Shown: positions 1-12,017 of the stretch, piece by piece
How positions within the stretch are numbered: the first letter of the stretch is position 1
Layout of the letters: every line of letters starts with the position of its first letter
Origin: Cycas panzhihuaensis
Taxonomy: Eukaryota; Plantae; Cycadophyta
Length of the DNA stretch: 64,000 nucleotides
Assembly: GCA_023213395.1 (NCBI GenBank)
Contig: CM041465.1
Location: 59,093,741 to 59,157,740 of the forward strand
Direction: 5' to 3'
The notes under the pieces: model-generated
Told to the model about the DNA's origin: nothing
The model's input: only the letters and a program-made list of their open reading frames with translations
Databases searched by the model: none
Translations under genes and position numbers: made by a program

Positions 1-2290
1 GAATGGAGTGGCCGAAAGAAAGAATAAAACTCTAATGGAAACAGCTTAAAGCATGATGTATGGAATAAAGATATCAAAGTCATATTGGGTAGAGGTAGTA
101 AGCACATCATGTTACCTAATAAATAGAAGCCCCACAAAAGCGTTGAAAGATGTCACCCTAGAAGAAGCTTGGACAGGACAAAAACCAGATGTAAGTCTTC
201 TCATAGTTTTTGGTAGTCAAGCATTTGTGCATATTCCTAATAAAAAAAGGTCCAAACTAGATGCAAAAAGTATAAAATGCATTTTGATAGGCTACATCAA
301 AAATTCAAAAGCCTACAAATGCATAGATCTCAAAACTAACAGAATCTATGTAAGCGGAGATGTCGTATTTAATGAAGAAAATTCTATTGAATTCTCATAA
401 ATTAGAATAATAGAAGGTGAGAAGGAAATTGAACAGGAAGCTGTTAGACACGAAGAAACACATGAAGATGAACAAGAGAATAAGTCAGAGATTACCTCAG
501 AAGAAGAAGCGCCTGAAGCTGAGGAAGAAAATGATTCTGAAATCACTTCAGAAGAAAGACAAGCTGATCCATCATCAAGCGAAACTAGTCAAGTGTCAGA
601 AGACTCCATAAAAAAGGAAGACTCACAAAAACAGAAAAAGTTACCAAAATGGTATATTAAAACAATTGAAGAAGGGAAAAGTAATGTAATAGAACAAAAA
701 ACATGGGGACAAAGGTCAAGATCTCTTCTAAGCAAAGTCGAACCTCAAAATTTTCAAGAAGCAAAAGATCGTCAAGAATGGAAAGTGGCAATGGACAATG
801 AAATGAACTCAATTAAGAAGAATCAGATGTGGGAATTGGTAGAACTACCTACTGATAAATCTACTGTAAGCTGCAAATAGGTTTACAAAACAAAAAGGGG
901 AATGGATGGTAAGTTAGAAAAGTATAAAGCAAGGTTAGTTGCAAAAGGATACACACAAATAGCAGGTGCAGATTTTGATGGGACCTTTTCTCCAGTAGCA
1001 AAGATGAACACTGTAAGGATAGTAATAGCATTGGCTGTAGCACAAAATTGGAAAATCTCCTAGCTAGATGTAAAAAACACCTTCTTAAATGGTGAACTAG
1101 AAGAAGAAGTCTACATGCAACAACCAGAAGGATACACTGAACAAGGATAAGAAAATCTAGTCTGTAGATTAAAAAAGGGTCTGTATGGTCTAAAACAAGC
1201 TCCATGGGCTTGGTATGCCAAATTAGATCATTTCCTTGAAGGAAATAAGTTCAATCGATGTAACTCCAACTCTAGTCTCTACATAAGGAAAATAAACAAC
1301 AAGATAACAATAATTGTTGTTTATGTTGATGATATGCTTCTTACTAGAAATGATGAAGGAGGAATTAGAGACATCAAGAATCAACTTCAATAGAAATTTG
1401 AAATGACAGACTTGGGTCCACTAAATTACTACCTGGGATTAGAGGTAGGTCAACATCAAAACTATATAACCTTATCTCAAAGTAACTACATCAAAAATTT
1501 GCTTGTTCGATTTTAGATGGAAAATTACAATCCATGCACAATGCCCATGGAAACAAACTATGACTTAATAGTAGATAGTACAGAAAAAGATGTTGATGTA
1601 ACTCTATACAGACAAATGATTAGAAGTCTAATTTATTTGATAGCCACTAGGCCTGACATATCCTATTCAGTAGGACTAATATCCAGATACATGTAAAATC
1701 CAAAAATGAAACATTGGCAGGCTACAAAAAGAGTTTTAAGGTATCTTAAAGGAACAACAAATCTCAAGTTAGTATACTTAAAAGGTTACCCAATCAAAAT
1801 ATCAGGGTACTGCGACTCTGACTAGGCTGGAGACAAAGAACAGAGGAAATCCACCAGTGGATATTATTTTTTCTCAAGGTCTTCATCAATCTCTTGGTGT
1901 AGTAAGAAACAGGCTACAATTGCTCTCTCTTCTATAGAAGTGGAATACAAAGTAGCTATGTTAGCAACCTATGAAGCTATCTGGTTAAGATAACTTCTAC
2001 TTGACTTGGATCAACAGCAAAAAGGGGCAACTTCCTTGAAATGCGACAATCAAAGTGCCATCAAGCTAACCAAAAATCCAATTCTACATGTAAGAATAAA
2101 GTATATTGAAGTTCATCATCATTTCATAAGAGAAAAAGTACATAATAAAGAAATTGACTTGGAATATTATCCCACAGCTGAACAGGTTGCAGATCTTCTA
2201 ACAAAGCCTCTTGGAAGAGAAAGGCTCAAATATTTAAGAGACAATAAGATTGTTAGAGATAAAACATTAAGAGGGGGTGTTGATATGTAA
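1..2290 (+). pseudogene. Ty1/copia pol remnant (integrase C-terminus, RT, RNase H), Copia A
   Basis: Integrase tail (RSKLDAKSIKC), RT motifs KARLVAKG, GLYGLKQAP and YVDD (1322-1333), RNase H GYCDSD*AG and ADLLTKPL. INT-RT-RH order. Many TAG/TAA stops. Confidence 0.95.
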
Positions 2291-2509
2291 TGTTTTATCT
2301 AAGTAAGAAAGAGGGTCATGTTAGGACCACCCTCAAATGTAACTCTAATGTAAGATTGTGCCACTTGGCAGTCTCAGGTTGATCGGTTACATTGGAGGTT
2401 GTAATAGTCACATTGTTGATGTATATTTAAGGAGATTGAATTTCAATAAAACATATACTCTTCTCTTCTCTGTTTAAAGCATATTCTGTCTTTGCTCTAT
2501 TTTTCAACA
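2278..2509 (+). repeat. 3' LTR of Copia A (232 bp)
   Basis: Follows PPT AAGAGGGGG. Termini TGTTGA...TCAACA are inverted, with internal TATATTTAA and AATAAA. Gypsy sequence begins at 2510. Confidence 0.85.
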
Positions 2510-5500
2510 GGGTCCAACTAGGAGTGGTACCTGATATTGCTTTAAGGGAAACCTCTTTGTTGTTGTCTCTTGGTAATCTTAATAAAGTATTTGTGATGAT
2601 ATTTTCTTTACTTTTCTTATAAATGATACTAAAATCAAAAGTCTAGAGCTTACTAACCTATTTTTGTTGTTGATCTGATAATTTTTTTTATTTAAGAAAT
2701 ACTTAAGGCTATCATAATTTGTTCAGACGATGAATTTATTTCCTAACAAATATTGCTGCCATTGGTGTATAACATGCATGATTGCCAACATGTATTTGTT
2801 ATAAATAGGTTTGAGTTTCTCCCTATTATTCAATTTTCTACTTTCATAGGCAATTTATCACTCCTCCTGCAACAGAACTAATCTAATTCCAAAACTTGAA
2901 GCATCACATTCTAAAGTGAATGGATGGAAAAAAATCTGGGGGTTACCAAAACTAGAGTCGTGATCATTGCCTTCCTAAGTCCTTAGAAAGCCTCTTCTTC
3001 TAAAGGGTTCCAGGTGAATGTATCCTTTTATGTGAGGTTAGTCAAAGGTGATGTAATATAGGCATATCCTTTAATAAACTTTTTGAGAAATCCTGCTACT
3101 CCTAGGAAGCCTCTGACTCTTATCATGTTGTTGGGAGTTAGCCAATTGATGATTACTTGGATCTTTTTTGGATCTACCTTAATCCCTTCTTATATGATAA
3201 TATGACCTAAATATTCAAGCTTCTCTCTCCTAAATGTGTATTTTTTTTGTTTTCATAAAACTGGGTGTTCTATAATATCAACAAAATTGCCCTGATGTGA
3301 TGCAAATATTCTTTCCATGTTTTACTATAGATTAAGATATCATAAAAAAAAAACCGCACAAATTTTCATAAGTAGGGTTTGAGTATAGAGTTCATGGTGC
3401 TTTGGAAAGTTTCCAGAGCATTGGTTAATCCAAGGGGCATGACTTTAAATTCAAATAATCCTTTATGAGTGTAGAAATTTATTTTTTGTATGTCTTCTTC
3501 CTTAATATATATTTGGTAATACCCAGATCGGAGATCAATTTTTGAAAAGTACTTTTTTCTATTTATTTCATTGAATAAATCATCTATCTGAGGAATAGGA
3601 TAATTATTTTTTATGGTCAATTTGTTTAATCTTCAGTAATCCACACACACTCTATATGCTCTGTATTTCTTAGGAGTCACTACAAGTGGAGATGTGAATG
3701 GGTTGGTACTATTTGTTATATATACCCAATTCAGAAGTTTCAGGGCAATGTTCTTAATTTTCTTCCTTAAATCATATGGGTGCTAATATGGTTGTATATT
3801 TACTGGAGCTACTCTAAGTACTAGATCAATAGCATGTTGGAATTTACAATTTAGAGGAAGCCCTTGTGGTTCCTCAAATATTGAATTATATTCATCCATA
3901 ATCTTTTGGACTTCTGGAGGCACATCTTCTACTATTATTTTATATCATGTTAGCATGCATGTTGTTGAATTTTTCTTTAATAACTTTTCCATATGATGTG
4001 ATGACACCAACTATACTAGTGGTGTGGCTAGTGCTTGCAATCTATATTTGTTCCCCTTCTAACAAAAACATACAATTTGGGTTCTATAGTTGTTAACTAT
4101 ATTCTCTAGAGTTTGTAGCCATTGTATTCTTAAAACTACATCCACTCCTCCTATTGGCATCACAAACATATATGTGGTTAATGGATAATTTTCAATCTAG
4201 AGGATCACCTTCTGACAATATCCTCCACATGCCATAGTTTTTTCGTTTGCCATGGAAACTTGGAAAGTGTTTTAAAATGATTGATAATCCTAATTTTTTT
4301 GTTGTGGCCCTATTGATAAAATTGTGAATGCTACCACTATCTATGAGAATTGTGACTAGATCTCCTTTGATCGTTCCTTGAAATTGAAGAGTTTGAGGGG
4401 TGACACTTTGTCTAGCAATGGCTTGTAAAGAAATCTAGACATTCTTTGCATCCATTTCCAAAATCTCATTATCTCCTTCTTATTCTTCTTCTAGAATTTC
4501 CATATCTTCATTATTAATCATAAATACTTTTTTTGTGGGAGATTGATGTTCTTTATTCCATTTTCCCTCACATTTGAAACACTTTCCTTTCTTGAGGTGT
4601 TCATCTCTAGTTATTGTACTTGCCTCACTTGTATTTTTCATCACTAGTGGGGGGTCTATCTTTTATATATGATTTGGTCCAATTTGGATTAGATCCTTGT
4701 TGTTGGTATGAAGTTGGCTCATTTCTACGTTAGGCATGTCTACTCTCCCTAAACTCTACTTCAATATTTTTTGCAAGCTTAATTGCATCTTGAATATTTA
4801 TGATTTTCATTATCTTAATGCGATACTTAATTGGTACTTTGAGTCTACTTATGTATGTTTCCATGATGCATTCTACTGGGATACATTCTAGAACTAAGAA
4901 TTAGAGAACCTAGAACTACTCTGTATATTTTTGTATTGATCCATTTGTTGTAATCATGTTAATTGAACAAAATAATCAATATTTTATGAATCTTCATATT
5001 GGCTTATTAGGCCATTTTTTTAAATATACCTATGATTTAGGAAAAAGGGCTATATTGGTCTTATACCATCAATGGAATCATTTCAAAGCCCTTTCGTATA
5101 AATGGAGACATGTTGTTGATATTTTATCCTTGTTAGTTAATCTATACACCTGAAAGTATGTTTCCATTTGTAATATTCAACATCAAATATCTCTTGATCT
5201 ATCTTGATCAATTTTTTTTAGTGTAAACTTAGTCCCTATAAGACCATGATTTAATTGGAGACTCCTTTAATTTCATTGCTCATAACACACTCCAATAAAT
5301 CTTCCTAAATCTCTTTGTAGGTCATTCATTTGGTCATTGTTTTCCTAGTTTTTATATCCACATGATGATTCTCTTTCTTCTATGAAAACTTCTGATTTTG
5401 TATCTCTGAATTGATTCAACCACTATTCTATTTTGTCTAGAAGTTTAATTATTCTATCTTCCATTACTAAGATTCAGTCCTGATTCACCATTTTATTAGG

Positions 5501-6005
5501 AAGAAGACTTTTCCTTAATCTTAGTTCTATCCTAGGGGGTGGAAAATTTGGACCTATTCTTAAAAGCTTACTTCCAAATTTCCACCTTAGAACGAAGCCC
5601 TAATACCACTTGAAATAACATGAACCAATCTTTTAGAAATAAAAGAGCCAAAATAGAGAAAATTTATACAAAATATATGCTTCTACTAAATGAATACAAA
5701 TATGAATAACATATCACTTTAGAATATGAATAAATAAGTTGAATACTGAAGAATATTAAGTATAACTTACAAAGTTATTTTTGTTGATAATTCTCCCTCT
5801 TTGAGGCAAGGTTCCCTCCAACATAACTATAGCCCTAAAGCCAAAATTATGGCAACCAAAACTTCTACATAAATACTCACTACTCTATCATGATGGAACT
5901 CAACCAAAATGGGGGCAATACTGAGAATAATACCACTTAGAAAGTAGGCCAGAAACTAGCATAAAAGTCAACCAAAATATCTTTAGAATTAGGGGGATTA
6001 TTACA
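2510..6005 (-). mobile_element. Ty3/gypsy (chromovirus-like) element, 5' part: LTR, PBS, gag, PR, RT, RH (Gypsy A)
   Basis: RT KIDLRSGYYQI and VMPLGLTNA (ORF 3366-3620), protease VTILIDSGSIHN (4321-4356), RH FTLECDAS (~2900). Degenerate Met-PBS TGGTATTAGGGC at 5597-5608. Interrupted by Copia A just before the integrase. Confidence 0.9.
5611..6005 (-). repeat. 5' LTR of Gypsy A (~395 bp)
   Basis: TG...CA termini, 2 nt from the PBS. Copia B coding sequence lies beyond 6005. Partner LTR is outside the window. Confidence 0.7.
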
Positions 6006-7425
6006 AGTCATATGGCCAATTTATAAAACTTGTTCTTTATTGCATTAGCTACACATTATTATGATAAATCTTGGTTGATAGATTTTGGACCCTCTCGTCA
6101 CATGACAAGTTCTAAAGATTTATTTATAGATATAAGGCCATTACATGACTAATCGGTAACCTTTGGTGATGATGTCATTTTAGTGGTTGCTAAGATGGGT
6201 AATTCTCTTATATCTCTAAAGGATTCTAATATTAGACATCATCTTAATAATGTTTTATATGTCCCTGACATAATACATAATCTGTTATCAATCAATTAGA
6301 TAAATAAGTAGTACTTTGATGTATTGTTCAGTCACCTTAGGAAATATCTAATTATAGATTTAAATGGAAATTTGATTGTCTCTAGATATGAGGACCATGG
6401 TTTGTATAAGCTTTATGGAATTTCAAGACCTATATTCTTATAAAATGATATTGGCTCTTATAGCAATAGAACTTCCACTTCTCATACTTCTATTTCTACC
6501 TCAAATACTGAGGAACAATCTACTACAAAGGCACTTGTTTCTTAGAGACTTCTTAAAGATCAATTATGGAATCAACACCTTGGTCATTTAAATATGAAAA
6601 ACCTTTATCTATTTTTTAAATTAAATATAGTATATGGATTACCAAATACTAAATAGATTAAATGTATTTATGAGGCTGGTGTCATGGAAAAACATCATTG
6701 AACTCCATTTAGATTAGATGGTAGAGTTTGGTATGCTAAAGAACCATTGGACCTTATTCACTTTGACATTTATGGATCCATGTCTTTGGCATCTTTTAAT
6801 AGTTGTCACTATTTTATTACACTTATTGATGATTATTTTTATCAAGTATGGGTTTATTTTTTGAAGTAAAAATAAGAAACATTTAAAAAATTCATACAAT
6901 TTAAGTATAATATTGAATTAGAATCTAGAAAGTCAATCAAAATCCTTTGCTACAATAATGTAGGTGAATACACTTATAGAGAATTCACCTAGTTTTGTAA
7001 GGATAATGGTATCAAATGGTAGTTTTCAATCCCTTACACACCTCAACAAAATGGAGTTATTAAGCTATGAATTAGACCTTGGTTAGCAAAGACAAAGCTG
7101 TGCTTATTGCAAAAATTTTAGGACTTAAATTCTAGGTTGAAGCCTTTAACACAACTACTTATCTCACAAATTAAAGTTCAACCAAGGTAGTTTTAAATAT
7201 AACACCTAAGGAGGCCCAATTAGGTAAAAAAACTATGGTCTAACATTTATACACCTTTAGTTATATAACGTATATCGAAGAAACAAAGAAAGAAGTTGGT
7301 TGACAAAAGCATAAAGTGTATTTTCATTGGCTACTAGCTTGGTTGTAAAGCCTACAAACTTTATGATCATGCTACTATTTTTTCATAAGAGAACTAGGAC
7401 CTGGATATGGCTTTCACTTTTTGAT

Positions 7426-7801
7426 TATTAATGTGGAAGTTAATTATTAAGCCACTTAGTTAATGTTAATATGGTTTAATTAAGTGAAAAGATATGAAGT
7501 CAAAAAGGTGTCACTTATTCGGAGGGTCACAACCTTAATTAAGTGACACCTCTTGGGAGAATATAAATGCCTTGAAGCCTTGTGTATTCAACATCCAAGA
7601 TCATTATATCAATCCATTGTACAATAATCTAAGAGATCCATCAAGGATCCTTTTATGGTTGGTTTTTTTCTGAAAGAGTTTTTCCATATAAATCTTGTGT
7701 ATTGTGCATATGTTTTCTGTATGTATATTTATTTGCTTGCTATGTATGGAAAAAGATTATGTGGTTAGGAACATTTTTGTATAGTTTCATGTTTCTGAAC
7801 A
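7426..7801 (+). repeat. 5' LTR (376 bp)
   Basis: Direct repeat of 11642-12017. Initial TG mutated to TA, ends AACA. Confidence 0.95.
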
Positions 7802-9491
7802 TGGTATCAGAGCCGTAGGGTCCTACATAGCTGAAGCCTGATATTGAGTGGAGCAGTGTGATCATTGGTTGCTGGGTAAAGTCATCTAGCCCAAAACTTG
7901 TCCTAAGGATTCATCAACTCTAGCAGTGTGTAGAAGCAGGCACAGTGAATCAGTGGTGGTTGAAGCTGTGAAATTCACTATTCAATGAAAGAGAAGGGTT
8001 CTTTGGAGTCAAATTCAAGCATGAAGAGCACCATCATGGTTGAAGTTGGCTTGTTGGGGGTCATCAGAAGCCAGTTGAAGAACTGTAGCAATAATTCAAG
8101 CCAGCAAGAATGCATTGATGGTCATTCAGAGATTGTAACCAATCTTGTATACATGTAAGTTAGTTCATTTCTCATAGAATCTCTCAAGTTTATTAATGAA
8201 ACAAGCCTAAGGTGCTATCAAATCCTCTTCTCTACACTAGTGGACGTGATTAGAGCCATTCTTTGGTGTTTTTCTTTCTTTTCTTGAGTGTTGGGCTAAA
8301 GTACATAGCATTTGTAGCCTTTGTTCATTGAGCAATTTTGATTCTTGCATGAGTTAGAACCTCATATACTGCTTACATAAGCCTGCATCTAGAAATTACT
8401 GGTTATTTATGGCTATTTGTGGCTATTTTCACATAGCTAGATGGTTTTTCAAGATGGATGGGCACTATATATAACCATATATATGTTTGGCATGTTGGTT
8501 GTTTGTGTTTGAAGGAAGTTGTAGGTGAGGGACGATCCAGACAACTTCTTTTGCACTTGTTGTGTTGGCTTGACATTGTGTGGCCATGGCTGGGTATGTT
8601 TGGAGCTTGTTGGACTGTACACAAGGTGTTTTACCAGTTGAAAGAGTTGATTACTCTATACATTATTCAGTTACAATTACAGAGGCTGAGTACTTATCCT
8701 TTGACTGGGCACATCTGGGTAAGTGGGTGGACTGTCTTATGAATGATTGAAGCTCTTTGTGGGATGGATGGGCTCTTGAAGTGATAGATGGGCATGGTTA
8801 AAGCCGTACATAGCATGTTTACCAACCATAGAGGTAGTTTTCTATGTGTGGTGGTCCATGAGGAAGTGCGTATGTTGAGTGTTATCTATATCAGTTGCAC
8901 CCTTTACACTATATGTTATGACCTTCTATATCTCATTTGAGATATTTTATTAAGTTTTTTGACTTAGTAAAAATTTGAAATATTTTAATCTTCATTTTAT
9001 CATATATGTTAAGTGAAAAGTCACTATGACATAAGAAAAGGTCATGACTTAAAAAGTATACCTTTTGGTATATTCTTCTCAAGTGAAGATTATAAAAAGA
9101 CCCTTCTATACCATCGATACATGACATTTTTATCATAGCATGAAGTGTTTTGACCCCTAGTGAAGTTGTTCTTGGTGTAAATCGAGGAGACTTTTTATGT
9201 TTTTAACTTGGAGATAGTGCACTATAGCTGTGTGGAGTCATCCTTTGTTTTGGAGCATATGTTTTTAGTCTTTGTTAGTGTCGGTTGTGACATTTAATGG
9301 CTATTTAAAGGTCATTTGTTGATGGTTAAGGAGGCATAAATAGTCGGTGGCTCACTTAATGTAGGTATAGCTGGTGTTGGGTGCCTTTGGAAGCATGCTC
9401 GTGAGGTAGAGAAGGACACATGGGTGCAGTTTTTATCCTACAAACATTTATTTTGGTGTTGTTTAACCTAGATTAAAGCTCATTTTTTGAG

Positions 9492-11542
9492 ATGGAGTGC
9501 ATTATGCCTAAAGTTATCTTCAATGGTAACAATTTCAGTTAGTGGAAGGCCAATATAAAACTTATTCTAATGGTGAATCAACTCTAGGGAATCACCAAGG
9601 CAAAAGTGAATGCGATTCCATTAGACCATAAGGAGCATATTCGTCTTGAAGAGAAGCAATTTATGGCCATGGGACTGTTGAAACTATCACTGATACTAGA
9701 TCATAGAGCATTGGTTTACAACCTTGACGAACTGACAGATATATGGAGAAAACTGTGTGATACATTTGAAAAGAAGTAGATGAATAAATGTCTAGCACTA
9801 ATGTTGGAATTACTCAACTTGCGTATGGAGGATAAAAATAACATCAGCTCCTACCTTAACAAGATTACTGACTTAAAGAATAAGCTAGAGGAACTAAAGC
9901 TGAACTTGATCGATGATGTGTTACTATTTGCAATAATCATGTCAAAACTGTCAACTGCCTTTGCCATATTTCAGACCATTTATGGTAGAGATGAAGTGAT
10001 AGATGTAGAGATATTTGATAGGCTTAAAAGCCTAATTCTAGTAGAGGATGCTAAGTTTAAACATCATGGTATGCTTAGAGGTTCTGGTTCAAGTTATGCC
10101 TTCACCATGAAAACTCAGAGGAAGGAGGCTCCTAAGGAGGAGAAGATCACACAAAGGTCAGGAGAAAGTTCTCAAGACAAAAAGAAGTTTAATAGGAAAT
10201 GCAATTACTATAAGAAGGATGTTCACCATGAGAAGAACTATTGGTTCAAGCATCGTGACAAACACAAAGTCAACTAGGATGACAAAGGGAAGAACATTGT
10301 TACTCACTGTGTGCAAGCGAAAGCCTTATCAACTGAATCTAATCGAAGAGATTATTTGGCATTTGACTCTAGAGCACAGAAGCATATTTCTTACCAGAGG
10401 TAAAACTTTAATACGGTGACTTCAAATCAAAGTGGTGCTCAAATTATCCTTGGTGATACTCGTGTCTTGCTGGTAGAAGGTATCGGTGAAGTTTCCATTA
10501 CAGGAGGTAAATTTACAAGGGTGTATTATGTACCAAAGATGTAGTTGAACCTTCTTTTAGCTCAGGAGATCTGTAAACAAGGTATGAAGGTAGAGCTCTA
10601 TGATGACAAATGCCTGATTAAGGATCTAAAATAGAATTTTGCTGTCATAACTACTAGGAAAGTCAGGGATAACTTTTGGGTGTTTGAAAAGTTTTAGTCT
10701 TAGAAGAAGTCCTACGCCTTTGTTGCTAGCATGGATGACTTAAGTAAGTTATGGCACAACTGCCTCAATCACCTTAATTATAGGAGTATTGCATTATTAA
10801 AGAGGTTAAAGATGGTGGAAGGATTGCCATCAGTTACCTATTTAGATGGTATGTGCGAAGGGTGTATGTATGGCAAGCACTGTCTGCAGAGCCAAGGAAA
10901 AGTTGGAGCTTGTACATTTAGATCTAATGGGCCCTCTTCCTAACCCTTCAATATCTGGAGCTAGTTATACCCTTGTATTTGTAGATGACTACACCAGGAA
11001 GGCTTGGATTTACTTTCTCAAGAATAAGTCGACTATCAATCTTGGTTTTGAATACCATCAAGGTGAAGAGATACAATTATATGGCTATATAGATGTTGAT
11101 TGGGGAGGAGATTTCGATGATCAGAAGTCTATTGCTAGATACTTATTTGATGTTGGTAATGGATTTGTTTCATGGCATTCGAAGAAGTAGCAGAAAGTGG
11201 CGCTCTCTTCTACAGAGGCAGAATATTAAGGACTCAATGTAGGTGTGAAGGAAGTCATATGATTACAAAGTCTCTTAGAGTTTCTTGGAGTTTCAAATTG
11301 ACACCTAGTTATCTTTGTTGATAGATTTTCTTATTAAAGAATCTAGAGTTTCATGCACATACAAAACACATTAAGATTCAATACTATTACATTCATGAAT
11401 ATATTAAATTAGGGAAGCTATAGGTTGACTACTATTTGAGTGAATTCTAGCTTGCACACACGTTCACCAAACCTCTCACTAAAGATCAATTCACAAAGAT
11501 ATATACTGGATTTAGACTCACCAATATTATCCTTGAGGGGGA
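9492..11542 (+). pseudogene. Internally deleted copia gag-PR-INT'/'RH cassette (Copia C)
   Basis: gag FNGNNFS*WK, decayed CCHC knuckle (KCNYYKKDVHHEKNY), LWHNCLNHLN and CEGCMYGKH. Integrase LELVHLDLMGP...FVDDYTR is fused directly to RNase H LYGYIDVDWGG. Second PPT at 11535-11542. Confidence 0.9.
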
Positions 11543-11641
11543 TGTATCGACAAGGATAAAGAAGTTGCAGGATAGTCCCAGCCTTTGTGATAACATAACT
11601 GTTATAGTTGGCAAGATCCCCATATTCACATTAAGGGGGGA

Positions 11642-12017
11642 TGTTAATGTGGCAGTTAATTATTAAGCCATTTAGTTAATGTTAATGTGGTTTAATTAAG
11701 TGAAAAGGTGTGAAGTCAAAAATGTGTGACTTATTCAGAGTGTCACAACCCTAATCGAGTGACACCTCTTCGGAGAATATAAATGCCTTGAGGCCTTGTG
11801 TATTCAACATCCAAGATCATTATATCAATCCATTGTGCAATAATCTAAGAGATACATCAAGGATCCTTTTGTAGTGGTTTTTTTCTTGAAAGGGTGCTCC
11901 CACGTAAATCTTGTGTACCATGCATCTATTTTCTCTATGTATATTTGATTGCTTATTATGTATGGTAAAAGATTATACAGTTGGAAATATTCGTGTATGA
12001 TTTCATGTTCTCAAACA
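11642..12017 (+). repeat. 3' LTR (376 bp)
   Basis: TGTTAATG...AAACA after PPT, followed by the TSD. Confidence 0.95.

Larger units (their letters stand above)
7426..12017 (+). mobile_element. Complete LTR element with 376-bp LTRs and TTGAT TSD, composite interior
   Basis: LTRs 7426-7801 and 11642-12017 align end to end. TSD TTGAT at 7421-7425 and 12018-12022. Perfect Met-PBS TGGTATCAGAGCC at 7802-7814. PPT AAGGGGGGA at 11633-11641. Confidence 0.95.
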
